A stretch of DNA of 64,000 nucleotides from positions 186,001-250,000 of the forward strand of contig JAMDHS010000018.1 of NCBI GenBank assembly GCA_029717555.1, written 5' to 3'. The position numbers were made by a program, and so were the translations under genes. This document shows, in pieces, positions 61,130-64,000 of this stretch. The notes beneath the pieces are model-generated. The model saw nothing but the letters and a program-made list of their open reading frames with translations, was not told where the DNA came from and did not search any database. Within the stretch, counting starts at the first letter, position 1. Each line of letters begins with the position of its first letter. This DNA is from Peribolospora baueri (Eukaryota).

Positions 61130-64000
61130 TCAAGAAGAAGCAGGAGCAGTGTCGGCGACGGGCAACGAGGCGGCGAGCCTCCGGAGCTCGTAAAGATGCT
61201 CTCTGTCCTCCACCAAAATGGCATCCGCCTCCTCCCCCTCCTCCCCCTCCTCCGCTTCCCCTCCGCCCCCATCCCCGGTCCCGGCCCCGTGCTGGTCCCC
61301 TTCCCTCCGCTCATCTTCATCTTCTCTCCGCCCGCCTCGCCCGCGCTTCCGGCCGCGCCTCCGCTCCCTCGGTATCCAAGCCCTCATCTCCTTCCGATGC
61401 CTCTCCTCTGCCTCCACGCAAGCCGTCCAAAGCGCGACGTCGATGCCCTCCGGCAACGTCCCCGAGGCGGCTTGCTCCTCGAACCACTCCCTCTCCGCGT
61501 GGTCGTGGTCGTCGTCGCCGTCGCCGGTCAAGCCGGTGGTGGCGACGGAAAGGTGGGAGGAGGCAGCTGAGGCGACGGAGAGGGCGCCAATGGAGCATTT
61601 GGAGCTGAACGAACGCAGTCGCCGATGCGCCTCGTCCGCGAGCTGGGAGGAAGAAAAGGCGGCGAAGGAGGAAGGGTCCTTGCGCGGCTCGCCGCCTCTG
61701 TCGCTGAAACCTTGCGAGGCGCGCGCGCGGATGGTGGCCTGCTGCCGCTCCTCGTCCTCGTTCTCCTCTGCGTCCTCCTCGTCCACGTCGGCTCCCGTCC
61801 CGTCCACCCCAAACGCGCTATGCTCGCCGACGCCTAAATAACCAGACCCGATCCCAATGTCCAATCCCAACCCCTGGCCGCGCTCCTCTTCGCCACCCGA
61901 CGACAGCCTTTTCTCCGCCAGACCGCCTCCCCCACCCCGTCGTCCCGCATGAGCCCCAGCCCCGCACTCGCTCAAGCCGTCCTCATCGTCGGCAAAGTCG
62001 GCGAATGGGTCAGGCTCGTCCTCGCCGGCCCGGCTGAGCCAGCACATGCGAACGGGGTCGAAGACCATATCTCCGACGACGCGGATGCCTTTGGCGAGGT
62101 AGCTCCCACTCCCGCAGCCGCCTTGGCCAACGGTCGGTCCCACCCCGCCGACGCTTGCGCCGCGAGCGGACGAGCCGGCCACAGCGCCCGCGCCCACGCC
62201 CACGCCGGCGCCGGAAAAGAAGGACAAGGAGGCGGTGGAGGAACCGGTGAGCTGAGTGATGAGCGCGGGACGAGTGGACGAGGAGAGTTGGTTGTTGAAC
62301 TCTCGCAGGACGCCTTCGTTGCCCTCCCACCGTTGCTTGGCGGGGTTGTAGGTCATATCGCCAATAACTGCGACGCGTGCCGATAAAGCGAGACAGGTCA
62401 GCGACGCTCAGGAAGCATTTTGATTCATGGGTTGCCAGGTTGAACTCACCCTTCGGCGTGCTGGGAGAACTCAAATTCCTAATCAATGTCGGCTTCTTCC
62501 TCGCCAGCCGTCTCGTCCTCCTCGATTGGACCGCCCCGCCGGCCGCGTTCGTCCCTACCCCGCCTTCCGGTTTTCGCCTCGCCGACCGCGTTCCAGAGAG
62601 CCTGGAGTGAGCGTTCGCTTGAGACATTTTGATCGTCGAGTCGTCCATCCCGGCGGACGGCGACGGTGCGCCAGCGCTCGAACTGGACCTCCCACCCGCT
62701 CTCGCTCTGCCGTCACCGCCGGACGCCGACGCCGACGAGCCCGGAGAAGACAGGGATATGGAAACGACGGGTGGCTTTGCCTTTGCGCGCGAGCTGGCCG
62801 TCGGCATGGTGAGCCGTACGGCTGCTGAAGACGTTGCCGGGGTGGAGGGTCTGGCGGGAGGTATGACGGGGGAGAAGGAGGGCGAGCTTGGTCGGTGTTG
62901 TTGTTGTTGTTGATATCGGGACGACGCTCGTCGCTGAGCTTGGGCTCCGGACGAGGAAGGGATGGAGGAGGAAGAGGAGGAGGAAGAGGAAGGTCGTGAG
63001 GAGAACGTAGCGAGGACGACCTCGTCAAGGTGCATCGTCGTGGGGCGAGCAAAGGTCGTCGAAACGGACATGGATGACGGCGTGTGGGACGGAGTGTGGG
63101 CCATCCTCGTTCGCATCAGCGCGGCAGGCGACGTCACCGTCGGCGCGTGGGAAGCGCTACCGCTGGTCATCGAGTGGATTCGGTAACCTGGAAGGGGCTT
63201 CAGGACCGACCCTGTCGACCCGCCCACTCCGAACAACGCACCCGCATCGGCCGCCCTCGAGGCCCTCGAAGCAACCGTCGAAGCGGCATACGAAGCCCCT
63301 CTGCCGGTGCCACCTCTGCCAACGCCACCACCACTGCCTCCACCGAACCCATTCACGCTTCCGGTCACATCGAAAAAGTTGGGCAGGGACCGCTTTTTAG
63401 AAAGCCTCTTCTGCCGCTCCGCCGCCGCCGCCGCCGCCGCTGCTGCTGCTGCTGCCGGAGCCAACATGGACGAGGAGGAGGCCGTCGCGCCGGATCTGGA
63501 GACGAAGGCAGAGGCGAGCGGCGAGGAGTGGTTGGCAGCGGCTTTTTTATGTCGTGACGGCTGCGAGGCGGCGGCCATGGCGGTCTTGATGAGCCGCGCG
63601 GGTTTTACGTTGGAGGCCGCCGGCGGCGGAGGCGCCGGGCGAGTGGACGTCTGCGCGTCGTTCCTCTGCATCCAGCTAGGCAGGGAAGACGGGGATGGTC
63701 TGAAGACCTTGTGTGTGAGGCTCTTCGCCCTCAGCCGACTGGGACTGAGGTCCATGTCGTCCGTGATGACGAGCCCGCTCTCCACGTCCCCATCCTCCAC
63801 TTCGTCCACCAACGGCCCGCTCAAGCGTCCCTTTTTAGCCCCGATGCCGCCGCTGCCACTGCCGCCGCCACCACCACGACGACCACCACCACCGCCGAAG
63901 GGCCCTCCGCCGATGGAAGGGCGGTTGGACAAGCCATCGCGGAAGCCCGCAATGCCGCTCATCGAACCGAGGATGAGCTGACCCTTGCTACGCCGGTCGA
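61130..64000 (-). CDS. BFA1: Bfa1/Byr4-like two-component GAP subunit (MEN/SIN inhibitor); 5' end beyond window
   Basis: Imperfect C-terminal repeats KPTLIRNL..K|VIGDMTYNPAKQRWEGNE and RPALITQL..VVGDMVFDPVRMCWL..DPFADFADD, then EAEERHRKEMRAW, characteristic of Byr4/Bfa1. Confidence 0.85.

Overview
Eukaryotic, GC-rich, intron-dense fungal (basidiomycete-type) chromosomal DNA; no rRNA, tRNA or CRISPR seen. Gene order: TOM40 (-, 3' end off-window), formin (+), a lower-GC accessory patch (TA-flanked pogo/Tc1-type MITE, tandem repeats, hairpin cluster), GH79 pseudogene (-), an intronless ~890-aa orphan (+), ABCC/MRP transporter (+), SWC4 (-), a frame-broken C2H2 zinc-finger gene (+), ARL3 (-)/SDH7 (+) divergent pair, DENN-domain protein (+), TTL/PBY1-like (-), a small Cys-rich BRI3-like gene (-), a decayed PIF/Harbinger transposon, COQ11 (+), RDH54 (-), cytochrome P450 (+), SWT21/TCAB1 (+), BFA1/Byr4-like (-, 5' end off-window). 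The most interesting signals are (1) a long fold-back inverted duplication inside the Harbinger accessory gene, a candidate hairpin-siRNA 'transposon killer' locus, (2) an SWC4 polyQ tract that turns into 13 in-frame TAA stops alternating with CAA, with a coding-like tail stranded behind it, and (3) a 12-nt microexon carrying the Walker A core of RDH54. All exon models were built by eye and family calls come from recalled motifs, not database searches. Outer CDS coordinates include introns.
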